From an uncultured Rhizobium sp. (GTDB taxonomy: Bacteria; Pseudomonadota; Alphaproteobacteria; Rickettsiales; UBA1997): a stretch of DNA of 49,081 nt. The notes beneath the pieces are model-generated. The model was not told the origin of the DNA. It searched no databases and was given only the letters and a program-made list of their open reading frames with translations. The translations under genes and the position numbers were made by a program. Position 1 is the first letter of the stretch; each line of letters begins with the position of its first letter. This document shows positions 1 to 8,649 of this stretch, piece after piece. Where the stretch lies: positions 1 through 49,081 of the forward strand of contig CAZENB010000002.1 in the NCBI GenBank assembly GCA_964513555.1, in the 5' to 3' direction.

Positions 1-440
1 CTCTTAGTATAGATGATACAAAAAAGATTGTTGATATTTTAGAGCAAAGATTTCCACAAATTCAGCGTGGTCTTGCTACTAAAGATATTTGTTATGCAAC
101 GCAAAACAGGCAAGATGCGGTAAGAAAATTATCTACAATGGTTGATATGTTACTTGTTATTGGTGCAAAAAATAGTTCAAATTCTAACCGTTTAAGAGAC
201 TTAGGTGAAGAATGTGGTCTACTATCTTATTTAATCAATGGTGCAGAAGATATCGATTCGCAGTTGTTAAAAGGTATTAAAAAAATTGGATTGACAGCAG
301 GGGCTTCGGCTCCTGAAGTTTTAGTTCAAGGGGTTATTGATAAAATAAAAAGACTTTCTGATTTTGAAGTTGATGTTTCAGATATGGAAGGAATTACTGA
401 AAACACTTTCTTTATTCTTCCAAAGAAGGTTAGAAAATAA
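1..440 (+). CDS. ispH: 4-hydroxy-3-methylbut-2-enyl diphosphate reductase IspH/LytB, C-terminal part (5' end outside window)
   Basis: Frame 3 is open from the window edge to the stop at 438-440. The translation ...KDICYATQNRQDAVRKL...LLVIGAKNSSNSNRL...GLTAGASAPE carries conserved IspH C-terminal motifs. Confidence 0.9.
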   Translation, partial: LSIDDTKKIVDILEQRFPQIQRGLATKDICYATQNRQDAVRKLSTMVDMLLVIGAKNSSNSNRLRDLGEECGLLSYLINGAEDIDSQLLKGIKKIGLTAGASAPEVLVQGVIDKIKRLSDFEVDVSDMEGITENTFFILPKKVRK

Positions 441-453
441 ATTAGAAGAATAT

Positions 454-480
454 TACTCGCCACATTTATTGTGGCGAGTA
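454..480. terminator. hairpin between convergent ispH and ompA-like genes (candidate bidirectional terminator)
   Basis: Perfect 11-bp stem tactcgccaca/tgtggcgagta with a 5-nt loop, lying between the two convergent stop codons. The flanking T-runs are weak. Confidence 0.5.
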
Positions 481-489
481 AAACAAATT

Positions 490-1140
490 TTATTGGGCTG
501 CTGCAGGAACAATTTCAATTTCAACACGACGATTTTGAGATCTTCCTTCTTCACTATCATTTGAAGCAATTGGGATTGCAGATCCAATTCCTGAGGTTTT
601 TACTCTTTGAGAAAAAATTCCTTGTCCAATCAAATATTTAGCTACAGATTGTGCTCTTTGAGACGATAACATTTGGTTTTTAGAAGCATTTCCTGTTGAA
701 TCAGTGTGCCCTGTGATTGAGATATCTGTCTTTTTGTATTCTTTGAAAACTTTAGCGACAGAGTTTAGAACTCTGTAGAAAGAAGAATTTATATCAGCGC
801 TGTTGCTAGCAAAAGTTATGTTGCCAGGCATAATAAGTCTGATTTTATCTCCTTCTCTTTTTATTCCAACGCCACTTCCTTGAAGTTCTGCTTTAAGCTT
901 AGATTCTTGATTATCAAAATAATATCCCAATCCTCCACCAACAGCTGCTCCAACAGCTGCTCCAATTAATGTTGATTTGGTATTTCCACCAGCTAATTGT
1001 CCAGCCAAAGCTCCAGCTAAAGCTCCGCCACCACTATATAGAGCCGTATTTGAGATTTTGCGCTCACCAGTATAAGGGTCGGTTGTGCAAGAAAAAGTGA
1101 AAATTGCAATTACAAAAAGCGAGGTAATAGTTTTGAACAT
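490..1140 (-). CDS. OmpA-family lipoprotein with glycine-zipper region
   Basis: Signal peptide plus lipobox (IFTFSC). Gly/Ala zipper (GGGALAGALAGQLAGG...GAAVGAAVGGGLG). C-terminal OmpA_C domain (NITFASNSADI...ITGHTDSTG...SSQRAQSVAKYL...NRRVEIEI). Confidence 0.85.
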   Translation of the reverse strand: MFKTITSLFVIAIFTFSCTTDPYTGERKISNTALYSGGGALAGALAGQLAGGNTKSTLIGAAVGAAVGGGLGYYFDNQESKLKAELQGSGVGIKREGDKIRLIMPGNITFASNSADINSSFYRVLNSVAKVFKEYKKTDISITGHTDSTGNASKNQMLSSQRAQSVAKYLIGQGIFSQRVKTSGIGSAIPIASNDSEEGRSQNRRVEIEIVPAAAQ

Positions 1141-1332
1141 ATGCTTTTTAATTTTTGTTAGTATGTAAAGAAGAGTTTAGCAAAGTAAAAAGTTGTTTTT
1201 CAAGTTAGAATTAACATTTAATTTGGTAATTATCAATTAATTGGTTAATTGTTATAAAAAAAGTACTTAATGAGATTTTTTTTCTTATTTAATTCTTTTC
1301 AAAAAGAATTAAATCTTAAATTGTCTAAAGAC

Positions 1333-1361
1333 TTGTAAAAAGTATTTGAGGTAGCTATATT
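1333..1361 (+). promoter_or_regulatory. candidate sigma70-type promoter for ssrA
   Basis: TTGTAA (1333-1338), 17-nt spacer, TATATT (1356-1361), just upstream of the tmRNA precursor. AT-rich background makes chance matches likely. Confidence 0.3.
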
Positions 1362-1369
1362 TAAAATGC

Positions 1370-1750
1370 TTTTGGTTTATTCTGGAAGCTATGGTGATAA
1401 ACTTAATCTGAAATAGATGTAACATGGACTCGGGGGCGGTACCCGACATCTCCACCAATTTTTTGTTCAATTGATAAAAGTAATTGAACTTAATATAAAA
1501 CCAAAATTATTTTAGTTTTATTATTTGGGGATGAATTAGCTTCGACATGCATGATAAAGAGATTGATTTTGCCCGGTTGAGAAACTGCCGGTTTGTATTT
1601 CAATGCAGACATCCGTTCAAAAAAAGTAAACGCAAATGATAATTTTGCTAATGATAACGTAGAATTTGCTCCAGTGGCTGTAGCTGCTTAGCATAAGTTA
1701 GGTTATCGGGGTTTGCCGGTTTTCCTTGCAACAGAAAAACTGGTTTTTAA
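1370..1750 (+). ncRNA. ssrA: permuted two-piece tmRNA (alphaproteobacterial type): acceptor piece first (3' CCA at 1455-1457), intervening hairpin, then coding piece starting GGGGATG at 1527
   Basis: The 3' acceptor strand catctccACCA (ends 1457) pairs with ggggatg (1527-1533), giving a G3:U70 wobble. T-arm is tcggg/cccga. Intervening segment has an 8-bp hairpin gttcaatt/aattgaac (1465-1489). Tag ORF 1632-1691 reads gca aat gat aat ttt gct aat gat aac gta gaa ttt gct cca gtg gct gta gct gct tag = ANDNFANDNVEFAPVAVAA*. A possible closing helix pairs ggtttattctg (about 1375-1384) with cagaaaaac (1742-1750). Outer ends are approximate. Confidence 0.8.
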
Positions 1751-1773
1751 TAAAAACTCTTAAAAAATTTTTC

Positions 1774-2265
1774 ATGCAAGACTTAATTGGGTATGATGAA
1801 ATCATTGAAAACTCAATGCGTTCAGTGATTTTTGAAACATTGAAAAAAGTAGAAAAAACGGGTCTTCCTGGAAAGCACTATTTTATTATAACCTTTTTAG
1901 TACGTTTTCCTGGAGTTGTTATGCCAAAAAGTCTTTTGGAAAAGTATCCAGAAGAAATGACTATTGCAATTCAGTATCAGTATAAAAACTTGGTCGTTGA
2001 ACAAGATGATTTTAAAATATCACTAAGTTTTTCTGGAAAATATGAAAAGCTTACTATTCCCTACAAAGCTGTAACTTCATTTACTGATCCTTCCATGAAT
2101 TTTGGTCTAAAGTTCAGTGTAAATTATGACGATTTAGTTGAAGATGGAATAGATGATAATCTAAGTCCAGCAAACAAAAGTGAACCAAAGAAGAAAGAAA
2201 TTGATTTGTCGGCAAAGATAGTTTCTCTAGACGCTTTTAGAAAAAATAAAGATCAAGATAATTAA
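1774..2265 (+). CDS. sspB: ClpXP adaptor SspB (alphaproteobacterial type)
   Basis: EKYPEEMTIAIQYQYKNL...LTIPYKAVTSFTDPSMNFGLKF and the C-terminal IVSLDAFRKNK (ClpX-binding-like tail) resemble Caulobacter SspB-alpha as I recall it. ATG at 1774 is preferred over the track's TTG at 1726, which overlaps the tmRNA. Confidence 0.8.
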   Translation: MQDLIGYDEIIENSMRSVIFETLKKVEKTGLPGKHYFIITFLVRFPGVVMPKSLLEKYPEEMTIAIQYQYKNLVVEQDDFKISLSFSGKYEKLTIPYKAVTSFTDPSMNFGLKFSVNYDDLVEDGIDDNLSPANKSEPKKKEIDLSAKIVSLDAFRKNKDQDN

Positions 2266-2273
2266 ATAATAAA

Positions 2274-2873
2274 ATGTTTTATCAGGTAACTTTTTTAGTT
2301 TTAACTTACTTAATATCAGCAATTCCTTTTGGCTTGTTGTTGACAAAAGTTTTCTTAAACAAAGATATTAGAGAATTTGGCTCAAAAAATATTGGAGCAA
2401 CAAATGTTACCAGAGTTGCTGGTAAAAAGTTAGGATTAGCAACCTTAATTCTTGATGGAGCAAAAGGTGCAATAATGGTAATTATTGCAAGATTTGTCTT
2501 TTCAGATAGTGCAAATTTGCACCTGTGTTTAGTTTTAGTTGCTTTGATTGCTGTTTTGGGCCATATTTATCCGGTTTACTTAAATTTCAAAGGTGGTAAG
2601 GGTGTTGCAACAACTATTGCAGTTTTTTATGCTCTTGATCTAAAATTAGGTTTTTTAGTCACAGTTGTTTGGTTAATATCCTTTTTACTATTCAGAATTT
2701 CATCACTTTCATCACTTCTAGCTGTTGCTTCTTCTGTGTTTTTGTCAAAATATTGTGAAGCTCCTTTTGAACAAATTATTTTTTGTACGATTTTGTTTGT
2801 AATAGTTGCTTTCAGACATAAAGAAAATATTTCTCGATTACTAAAGGGTGAAGAAAAAGGTTTCAAAAAATAG
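2274..2873 (+). CDS. plsY: glycerol-3-phosphate acyltransferase PlsY
   Basis: GSKNIGATNV, LDGAKG and HIYPVYLNFKGGKGVAT motifs; polytopic membrane protein of about 200 aa. Confidence 0.9.
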   Translation: MFYQVTFLVLTYLISAIPFGLLLTKVFLNKDIREFGSKNIGATNVTRVAGKKLGLATLILDGAKGAIMVIIARFVFSDSANLHLCLVLVALIAVLGHIYPVYLNFKGGKGVATTIAVFYALDLKLGFLVTVVWLISFLLFRISSLSSLLAVASSVFLSKYCEAPFEQIIFCTILFVIVAFRHKENISRLLKGEEKGFKK

Positions 2874-2955
2874 TTTTAAATTGTTTCAAATGCTACTTGA
2901 AGCAGCTTAATATTGTAGTTGAAAGCTCTAAAAATAAATTTAAAATTTATTAAAA

Positions 2956-3663
2956 ATGTTACATTCAGAAATTAAAGATCGTCTAATTATTGCTCTTGAT
3001 GTTCCAGATTTTATATCCGCAAAAAATTTAGTTGAAAAAATTGAAGAAGAGGGTGTTTTTTATAAGATAGGATTAGAATTAATGATGAGCGGTGATTACT
3101 TTAAAATTATAGAATGGCTTAAAGAAAGAAATAAAAAAGTTTTTGCTGATTTGAAGCTTTATGACATATCTGAAACTGTTGGAAGATCTGTTAAAAATTT
3201 AGCTCAATATGAAATAGATTTGCTGACTATTCATGCATCAAGTCGTCAAATTATGGAACAAGCTGCTCAAAATAAAGGTAAAATGCAAATTGCTGCAGTA
3301 ACAGTTTTGACAAATTTAGATCAAAGTGATTTAAAAGAAATGGGTTTTGATGTTAATATTTCTTTGTCAGATTTAGTGATTAAAAAAGCTGAATTAGCAA
3401 TTGATTGTGGTATTGATGGAGTTGTGGCATCAAGTCATGAAAGCGGAATGTTGAGAGGAAAATTGGGGCAAGATTTTTTAATTGTAACACCGGGAATTAG
3501 ATTGGCAAAAGTTGCAAATGACGATCAGAAAAGGGTTGCTGATGTGAAAGAAGCAATTAGTCAAGGAAGCTCTTATTTAGTGGTTGGAAGACCAATTACT
3601 CGTGATGAAAATCCAAAAGAAATGGCGGCTAAGTTTAATAAAATGATTTACTCTGCTTTATGA
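2956..3663 (+). CDS. pyrF: orotidine 5'-phosphate decarboxylase
   Basis: LIIALDV, FADLKLYDI, TPGIR and VVGRPI motifs; 235 aa. Confidence 0.9.
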   Translation: MLHSEIKDRLIIALDVPDFISAKNLVEKIEEEGVFYKIGLELMMSGDYFKIIEWLKERNKKVFADLKLYDISETVGRSVKNLAQYEIDLLTIHASSRQIMEQAAQNKGKMQIAAVTVLTNLDQSDLKEMGFDVNISLSDLVIKKAELAIDCGIDGVVASSHESGMLRGKLGQDFLIVTPGIRLAKVANDDQKRVADVKEAISQGSSYLVVGRPITRDENPKEMAAKFNKMIYSAL

Positions 3664-5183
3664 AGCTAAACCAATTTATTGATAAAATAGAAATTTCTTA
3701 CGAATTAATTTATGGTGCAAGTTTTATTGATGAAATTTTAGTTGAAGATATTGCAATTGACTCGCGTTTAGTAAAAGAAAAAACAGCCTTTTTTGCTATA
3801 AAAGGTAAAGTTCTTGATGGCAACTTTTTTATTAATGATTCTATAAAAAAAGGCGCCTCAGTAATTGTTTCTTCTGATATTGAGTTTTTAAAGAATTTAG
3901 CTTTAGTCGATGAGAAAGTGCTGTTAATTTTTTCTCAAGAAATTCATAAGCTTCTTATAGAATTTTTGCAGAATTTCTATTCAAATTTACCTTCAAATAT
4001 CTACGCAGTTACAGGAACTAATGGTAAAACTTCAGTTGCTGAGTTTTGTCGTCAAATTTTTACATTAGCTGGAAAAAAAGCAGCTTCAATTGGAACTTTG
4101 GGTGTTACTTGTGATTACTTAGACCAGAATCAAATTCAACAAACTGCTCTTACAACTCCTGATATAGTTTCTTTTTACAAAAACCTTTCTTTTTTGAAGA
4201 AAAACGGTGTTGATGATGTTGCAATTGAAGTTAGTTCAATTGGGCTTGAACAAAACCGAACTGGCAAAGTTGGTATTACAGTTGGTGCTTTTACTAATTT
4301 TACCCAAGATCATTTAGATTATCATAATACCATGGAAGAGTATTTTGATTGCAAAATGATTTTATTTAAATCTGTTTTGCAACAAAACTCTACTGCAGTT
4401 ATAAATAGTGATATCAAAGAGTATCAAGAAATTAATGAAATTTGTCAGAAAAGAGATTTAAAAGTCATAAGTTATGGCTTTGAAGCAATTTCAAAGAATT
4501 CTTTGCGAATTATAAATATAGAACAAACTTTTGAGGGACAAAAAGTTGCCTTTGAATTTTTGGGTGAAGAATATAATTTTAATTTGTCTATTAGTGGTGA
4601 TTTTCAGGCTTATAACGCAATTTGTGCTTTAGGTATTTTTCTTTCAAACAATAGTTGTTCTAAGAAACAATTGGAAGAAATTTTGCAAAATTTCCATAAA
4701 CTACATTCTGCTTTGGGAAGAATGCAAATAGCAGGAGTTTTGCCAAATAAAGCTCAAGTTTTTATTGATTTTGCACATACTCCGGATGCTTTAAGTAATG
4801 TTTTGCAATTGGCACGTAAAATTACCAATAAAAAAGTGGTAGTACTTTTTGGTTGCGGTGGAAATCGTGATAATAAAAAAAGAGCAATTATGGGAAAAGT
4901 TGCTTCAGAGTTAGCTGATATTATTATAGTTACTGATGATAATCCAAGATTGGAAGATGCAAAAAAAATTCGTGCTGAAATTTTGCAAGGATGTGATTTG
5001 AAAAAAGCTTTTGAAATTGCTAACAGGGAAATTGCAATTACTAAAGCAATTCCAATGTTGCAAAGTTATGATATTTTGATTTTGGCTGGTAAAGGTCATG
5101 AAAAATATCAAATAATTGGTACAAACAAAGTTGAATTTGATGAGGAAAAAATTGTTCGAAATGTTGTTGCCAGAATATCTTAA
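3660..5183 (+). CDS. murE: UDP-N-acetylmuramoyl-L-alanyl-D-glutamate--2,6-diaminopimelate ligase
   Basis: VTGTNGKTS P-loop, DDNPR(LED) DAP-specificity motif, Mur ligase domain order. ATGA overlap with pyrF. Confidence 0.92.
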   Translation: MKLNQFIDKIEISYELIYGASFIDEILVEDIAIDSRLVKEKTAFFAIKGKVLDGNFFINDSIKKGASVIVSSDIEFLKNLALVDEKVLLIFSQEIHKLLIEFLQNFYSNLPSNIYAVTGTNGKTSVAEFCRQIFTLAGKKAASIGTLGVTCDYLDQNQIQQTALTTPDIVSFYKNLSFLKKNGVDDVAIEVSSIGLEQNRTGKVGITVGAFTNFTQDHLDYHNTMEEYFDCKMILFKSVLQQNSTAVINSDIKEYQEINEICQKRDLKVISYGFEAISKNSLRIINIEQTFEGQKVAFEFLGEEYNFNLSISGDFQAYNAICALGIFLSNNSCSKKQLEEILQNFHKLHSALGRMQIAGVLPNKAQVFIDFAHTPDALSNVLQLARKITNKKVVVLFGCGGNRDNKKRAIMGKVASELADIIIVTDDNPRLEDAKKIRAEILQGCDLKKAFEIANREIAITKAIPMLQSYDILILAGKGHEKYQIIGTNKVEFDEEKIVRNVVARIS

Positions 5184-8100
5184 AACAAAATTCCAAATTG
5201 ATTTTATTGACCTTTATGATGTTGAGGGATTAAAAAAAGTTGATGAAAAATTTTCACAATTTCTAGAACAAGAAAATAATCAATTAAACAAAGATTTTTT
5301 ACAGTTAAAAAAAGATAAAAATAGTTTTACTGCTAATCAGCAATCCTTAATTCTAATTGATGTAGCGGTTGTGTTAGAAAAGTTCTTAGTTACTTTATTT
5401 AACATAGAAAAAGAAAATTCAGAACTAAAAAGTAAGCATGATAACTTAAAAAATATTTACAAAATTAGACGTAATTTTGTTCAAAGAGATGTTGCAAAAA
5501 GTTTTTCTAGTTGCCCAAGGGATATTGATGGATTTTCAATCTTAAAAAATTTGAAAATTGAGTTTGATGATGTTGATGATTTAGAGAAAAAGATTGCTGA
5601 AGAGATAAATTTGGGAAGGAATTTAAAAGATCTTACGAATTATACAATATGGGCCATATATAGTGATGAAGGGAAAAAATTTCATAAAAATGGTGCTCTT
5701 TTTATTATTCCACAAAAAATTGATTGCAATAACTTGCTTGCCTCAAGTCATGAAAAATCTAAACGTTCAGATTTTAATCTAACTGATCAAGGATTTAATT
5801 TAAATCGTGTTTTAGGAGAATCCAACTATTGTATTTTTTGCCATAAACAACAGAAAGATTCTTGTAGAAGTGGTATTAAAGAACGATCTTCTTTTTGTTA
5901 TCCTGAGAGCAGCGAAGGATCTTGTACAACAAACTCAGGATTTTCTCAAGATTCTTCGTTTTTGCCTCAGAATGACAAGAAGAGATTTCAAGATGAAAAT
6001 AAATTCAAGAAAGATGAGCTTGGCATTGATTTGCATGGATGTCCACTTGATGAAAGAATTTCAGAAATGAATTTACTAAAGTCAGAAGGCTTTTCAGTTG
6101 CGGCTCTTTCAATTGCAGTTGTTGATAATCCAATGATTGCTGGAACTGGACACAGAATTTGTAATGATTGCACAAAATCTTGTATTTATCAAAAACAAGA
6201 ACCAGTCGATATTCCTCAAATTGAAACTAGAACTTTAAAAGATGTTCTGAATTTACCTTATGGATTTGAGATTTACTCTTTATTGACTAGATGGAATCCA
6301 CTCAATTTAGATCAAAGTTTACCTAGAGAAAATTCTGGTAAAAAAATTTTAATTGCTGGTCTTGGTCCTTCAGGATACACTTTGGCGCATTATTTGCTTA
6401 ACTCAGGACATGAAGTGGTTGCAATTGATGGTCTTAAAATTGAGCCTCTAAACAAAGAGATATCTGGATTAGATGAGTTTGGAAATATTTGCGATTTTAA
6501 GCCTATTAAATTTTTAGATGAAATTTACGAACCTCTATCATCGCGCTTGATTCATGGTTTCGGTGGTGTTGCTGAATATGGAATTACAGTTCGTTTTGAC
6601 AAAAATTTCTTAAAAATTATTAGAATTATTTTAGAACGCAGAAGAAATTTCAGAATGTTTGGAGGAATTCGTTTTGGGTCATCAATTACTGACAAAATTG
6701 CATTTGAAAATTATGGTTTTGACCATGTAGCGCTTTGTCTTGGAGCTGGTCGTCCCAACATAATTAATCTTAAAAATAACTTTGCCAAGGGTGTGCGTCA
6801 AGCTTCTGATTTTTTGATGTCTTTACAGTTAACGGGTTCTTTCAAAGAAAATTTATTTACTAATTTGCAAATTAGAATGCCAATTGTTGTTATTGGTGGA
6901 GGATTAACTGCAGTTGATACAGCTTGCGAAGCAAGAATGTACTACGTAAGTCAAATTAAAAAATTTGTCCAAAAAGTTGAAAAAATTGGTAAAAATAACC
7001 TATTTTCATTGCTTACTAAAGAAGAAAAAATAATTGCTGAAGAATTTATAAGTCATGCTTCTGAGCTTGAAAATAGTGGTGATATTGATTTTTTGATTAG
7101 AAAGTGGGGTGGAGTTAAAATTTTATATCGTAAAAAAATTCAGGATTCTCCAGCATATAAGTTGAACCACCAAGAGCTTAACAAAGCTTTTGAAGAAGGA
7201 ATTGAGTTTATTGAAAATATTAGTCCTTTGGAAGTTGAAATTGATGAATTTAATCATATCAAAGCTTTGAAATGCGCTGATGATAAATTATTTGAATGTA
7301 GATCTTTGTTAGTTGCGGCTGGAACTTCACCAAATTTATCTCCAAAATTAGAGGATAATTTAGATTTTAAAATTGATGGAAAATATTTTGCACAAACCGT
7401 GCATTTTAATTCCAATTTTGGCTCAAGACACTTTAATTTTATTACTAAAATTGATGATAAAACTAAAAAAGCGGTAAGTTTTTTTGGGGATTTGCATCCA
7501 AATTTTGAAGGAAATGTGGTAAAAGCAATGGCAAGTTCCAAGATTGGCTATAAGCAGATAAATCAAATGCTGGAATTGTTACAAAATAAAGAAAATCACA
7601 ATTTTCTGGATAAAATTAAATCAGAATTTTCAGTAATAATTCATAAAATTGAGAAACTATCAGATCATGTTTGTCAAATTTTTATTAAAGCTCCACTTTT
7701 GGCAAATCAGACAGAGCTGGGTCATATTTTTAGATTGCAGAATTATCATGCTCTTGCCTTAAAAGATGAAAGTGGTCATTTAATGGTAATGGAAGGAGTT
7801 CCTTTGACGGCTTTAGATGTTGATCGTGAAAATGGAATTATTACAGCAATTGCTTTGGATTTTGGTGGCTCTACATCTCTTATTAAAAATTTAAGTGAAG
7901 GTGAGCCTTGTATTTTTATGGGACCTTCAGGAAAACCAACCGAAATTTCAAAAAATGAAACGGTGTTGTTAATTGGAGGTGGAAGAGGAAATCAGCCTTT
8001 AACTGCTCTTGCTAGAGCTTTTAGAAACAATGGTTGTAGAGTAATTTACTTTGCTGGTTATCGCAAAAATTCTTACATTGTGAATCAAGAATTGATGGAA

Positions 8101-8550
8101 AAAAACTCTGATATTGTTGTTTTTGCAATTGAAGAAGAAGCCCCAAATTTGAATCTAATCAATGAATGCAATCAAGTAGTAAGTGGATCAGTAATTGAAG
8201 CGCTGAGAATTTACTTTGTCAAAAACCCTGTAAAAATTGATCGTGTATTTACAATTGGAAATAATAAAATGATGCATGAAGTTGCAAAATTGAGACATGA
8301 TGGTTCAGTTAAATCTATCTCAGAAGCAAAAATTGCTATTACTAGTTTAAATTCTCCAATGCAATGTATGCTAAAAGGCGTTTGTTCACAGTGTTTGCAA
8401 AAAAGAATCAATCAGCAAGGTAAAGAGGAGTATTTTTATTCTTGTGGTGATCAAGATCAGAATATGGATAAGTTTGATTTTAATCACCTGAAAAATCGTT
8501 GTGAGCAGAACTCTTTGATGGAAAAAACAATAAAAAATTGGTTGAATTAA
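5161..8550 (+). CDS. large multidomain iron-sulfur flavoprotein: GltD-like (4Fe-4S Cys motif plus NAD(P)/FAD Rossmann) fused to a PyrK/FNR-like domain with a C-terminal 2Fe-2S Cys motif
   Basis: CIFCHKQQKDSC...GCPLDERISEM (GltD-like cluster motif). ILIAGLGPSGYTLAHYLL and VVIGGGLTAVD dinucleotide folds. C-terminal FMGPSGKPT...LLIGGGRGNQP...CMLKGVCSQCLQK...YSCGDQD (PyrK-like). The start is ambiguous (TTG 5116, ATG 5140, ATG 5161); 5161 was chosen to minimise overlap with murE. Confidence 0.65.
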   Translation: MLLPEYLKTKFQIDFIDLYDVEGLKKVDEKFSQFLEQENNQLNKDFLQLKKDKNSFTANQQSLILIDVAVVLEKFLVTLFNIEKENSELKSKHDNLKNIYKIRRNFVQRDVAKSFSSCPRDIDGFSILKNLKIEFDDVDDLEKKIAEEINLGRNLKDLTNYTIWAIYSDEGKKFHKNGALFIIPQKIDCNNLLASSHEKSKRSDFNLTDQGFNLNRVLGESNYCIFCHKQQKDSCRSGIKERSSFCYPESSEGSCTTNSGFSQDSSFLPQNDKKRFQDENKFKKDELGIDLHGCPLDERISEMNLLKSEGFSVAALSIAVVDNPMIAGTGHRICNDCTKSCIYQKQEPVDIPQIETRTLKDVLNLPYGFEIYSLLTRWNPLNLDQSLPRENSGKKILIAGLGPSGYTLAHYLLNSGHEVVAIDGLKIEPLNKEISGLDEFGNICDFKPIKFLDEIYEPLSSRLIHGFGGVAEYGITVRFDKNFLKIIRIILERRRNFRMFGGIRFGSSITDKIAFENYGFDHVALCLGAGRPNIINLKNNFAKGVRQASDFLMSLQLTGSFKENLFTNLQIRMPIVVIGGGLTAVDTACEARMYYVSQIKKFVQKVEKIGKNNLFSLLTKEEKIIAEEFISHASELENSGDIDFLIRKWGGVKILYRKKIQDSPAYKLNHQELNKAFEEGIEFIENISPLEVEIDEFNHIKALKCADDKLFECRSLLVAAGTSPNLSPKLEDNLDFKIDGKYFAQTVHFNSNFGSRHFNFITKIDDKTKKAVSFFGDLHPNFEGNVVKAMASSKIGYKQINQMLELLQNKENHNFLDKIKSEFSVIIHKIEKLSDHVCQIFIKAPLLANQTELGHIFRLQNYHALALKDESGHLMVMEGVPLTALDVDRENGIITAIALDFGGSTSLIKNLSEGEPCIFMGPSGKPTEISKNETVLLIGGGRGNQPLTALARAFRNNGCRVIYFAGYRKNSYIVNQELMEKNSDIVVFAIEEEAPNLNLINECNQVVSGSVIEALRIYFVKNPVKIDRVFTIGNNKMMHEVAKLRHDGSVKSISEAKIAITSLNSPMQCMLKGVCSQCLQKRINQQGKEEYFYSCGDQDQNMDKFDFNHLKNRCEQNSLMEKTIKNWLN
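5900..5977 (+). repeat. palindromic element family 1, copy A, inserted in frame in the flavoprotein CDS
   Basis: Left arm atcctgagagcagcgaaggatct (5900-5922) and right arm agattcttcgtttttgcctcagaatgaca (5949-5977) are imperfect inverted repeats. The 78 nt equal 26 codons and encode (Y)PESSEGSCTTNSGFSQDSSFLPQND. The arms match copies at 15398, 45721 and 36191. Confidence 0.75.
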
Positions 8551-8596
8551 AATAACTAATTTTTGTAAAAACAATAAAAAATTGTTGAATAAAAAA

Positions 8597-8624
8597 AGCG
8601 AACTCTGTTTTTGTAGAGGTCGCT
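8597..8624. terminator. bidirectional rho-independent terminator between the flavoprotein gene and pal
   Basis: Stem agcgaactct/agaggtcgct (9 of 10 bp) with an 8-nt loop, an A-run upstream and a T5 run downstream. Confidence 0.7.
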
Positions 8625-8649
8625 TTTTAATTTTATTACTCACAAATAA

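Noticed and set aside
364-564. 66-aa plus-strand ORF spanning the ispH stop, the terminator hairpin and the end of the ompA-like gene
   Set aside because: It overlaps two well-supported genes and a hairpin, and its composition is low-complexity. It is an AT-rich chance ORF.
1287-1314. 13-bp perfect inverted repeat atttaattctttt/aaaagaattaaat upstream of ssrA
   Set aside because: It is entirely A/T apart from one base pair, its loop is too small for a stable hairpin, and it has no T-run in either orientation. It is probably compositional.
5870-6173. Track ORFs 5870-6070 (+) and 5988-6173 (-) inside the flavoprotein gene
   Set aside because: They lie in alternative frames of a conserved CDS. 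They partly owe their openness to the palindromic insert reading open in several frames. There is no independent support.
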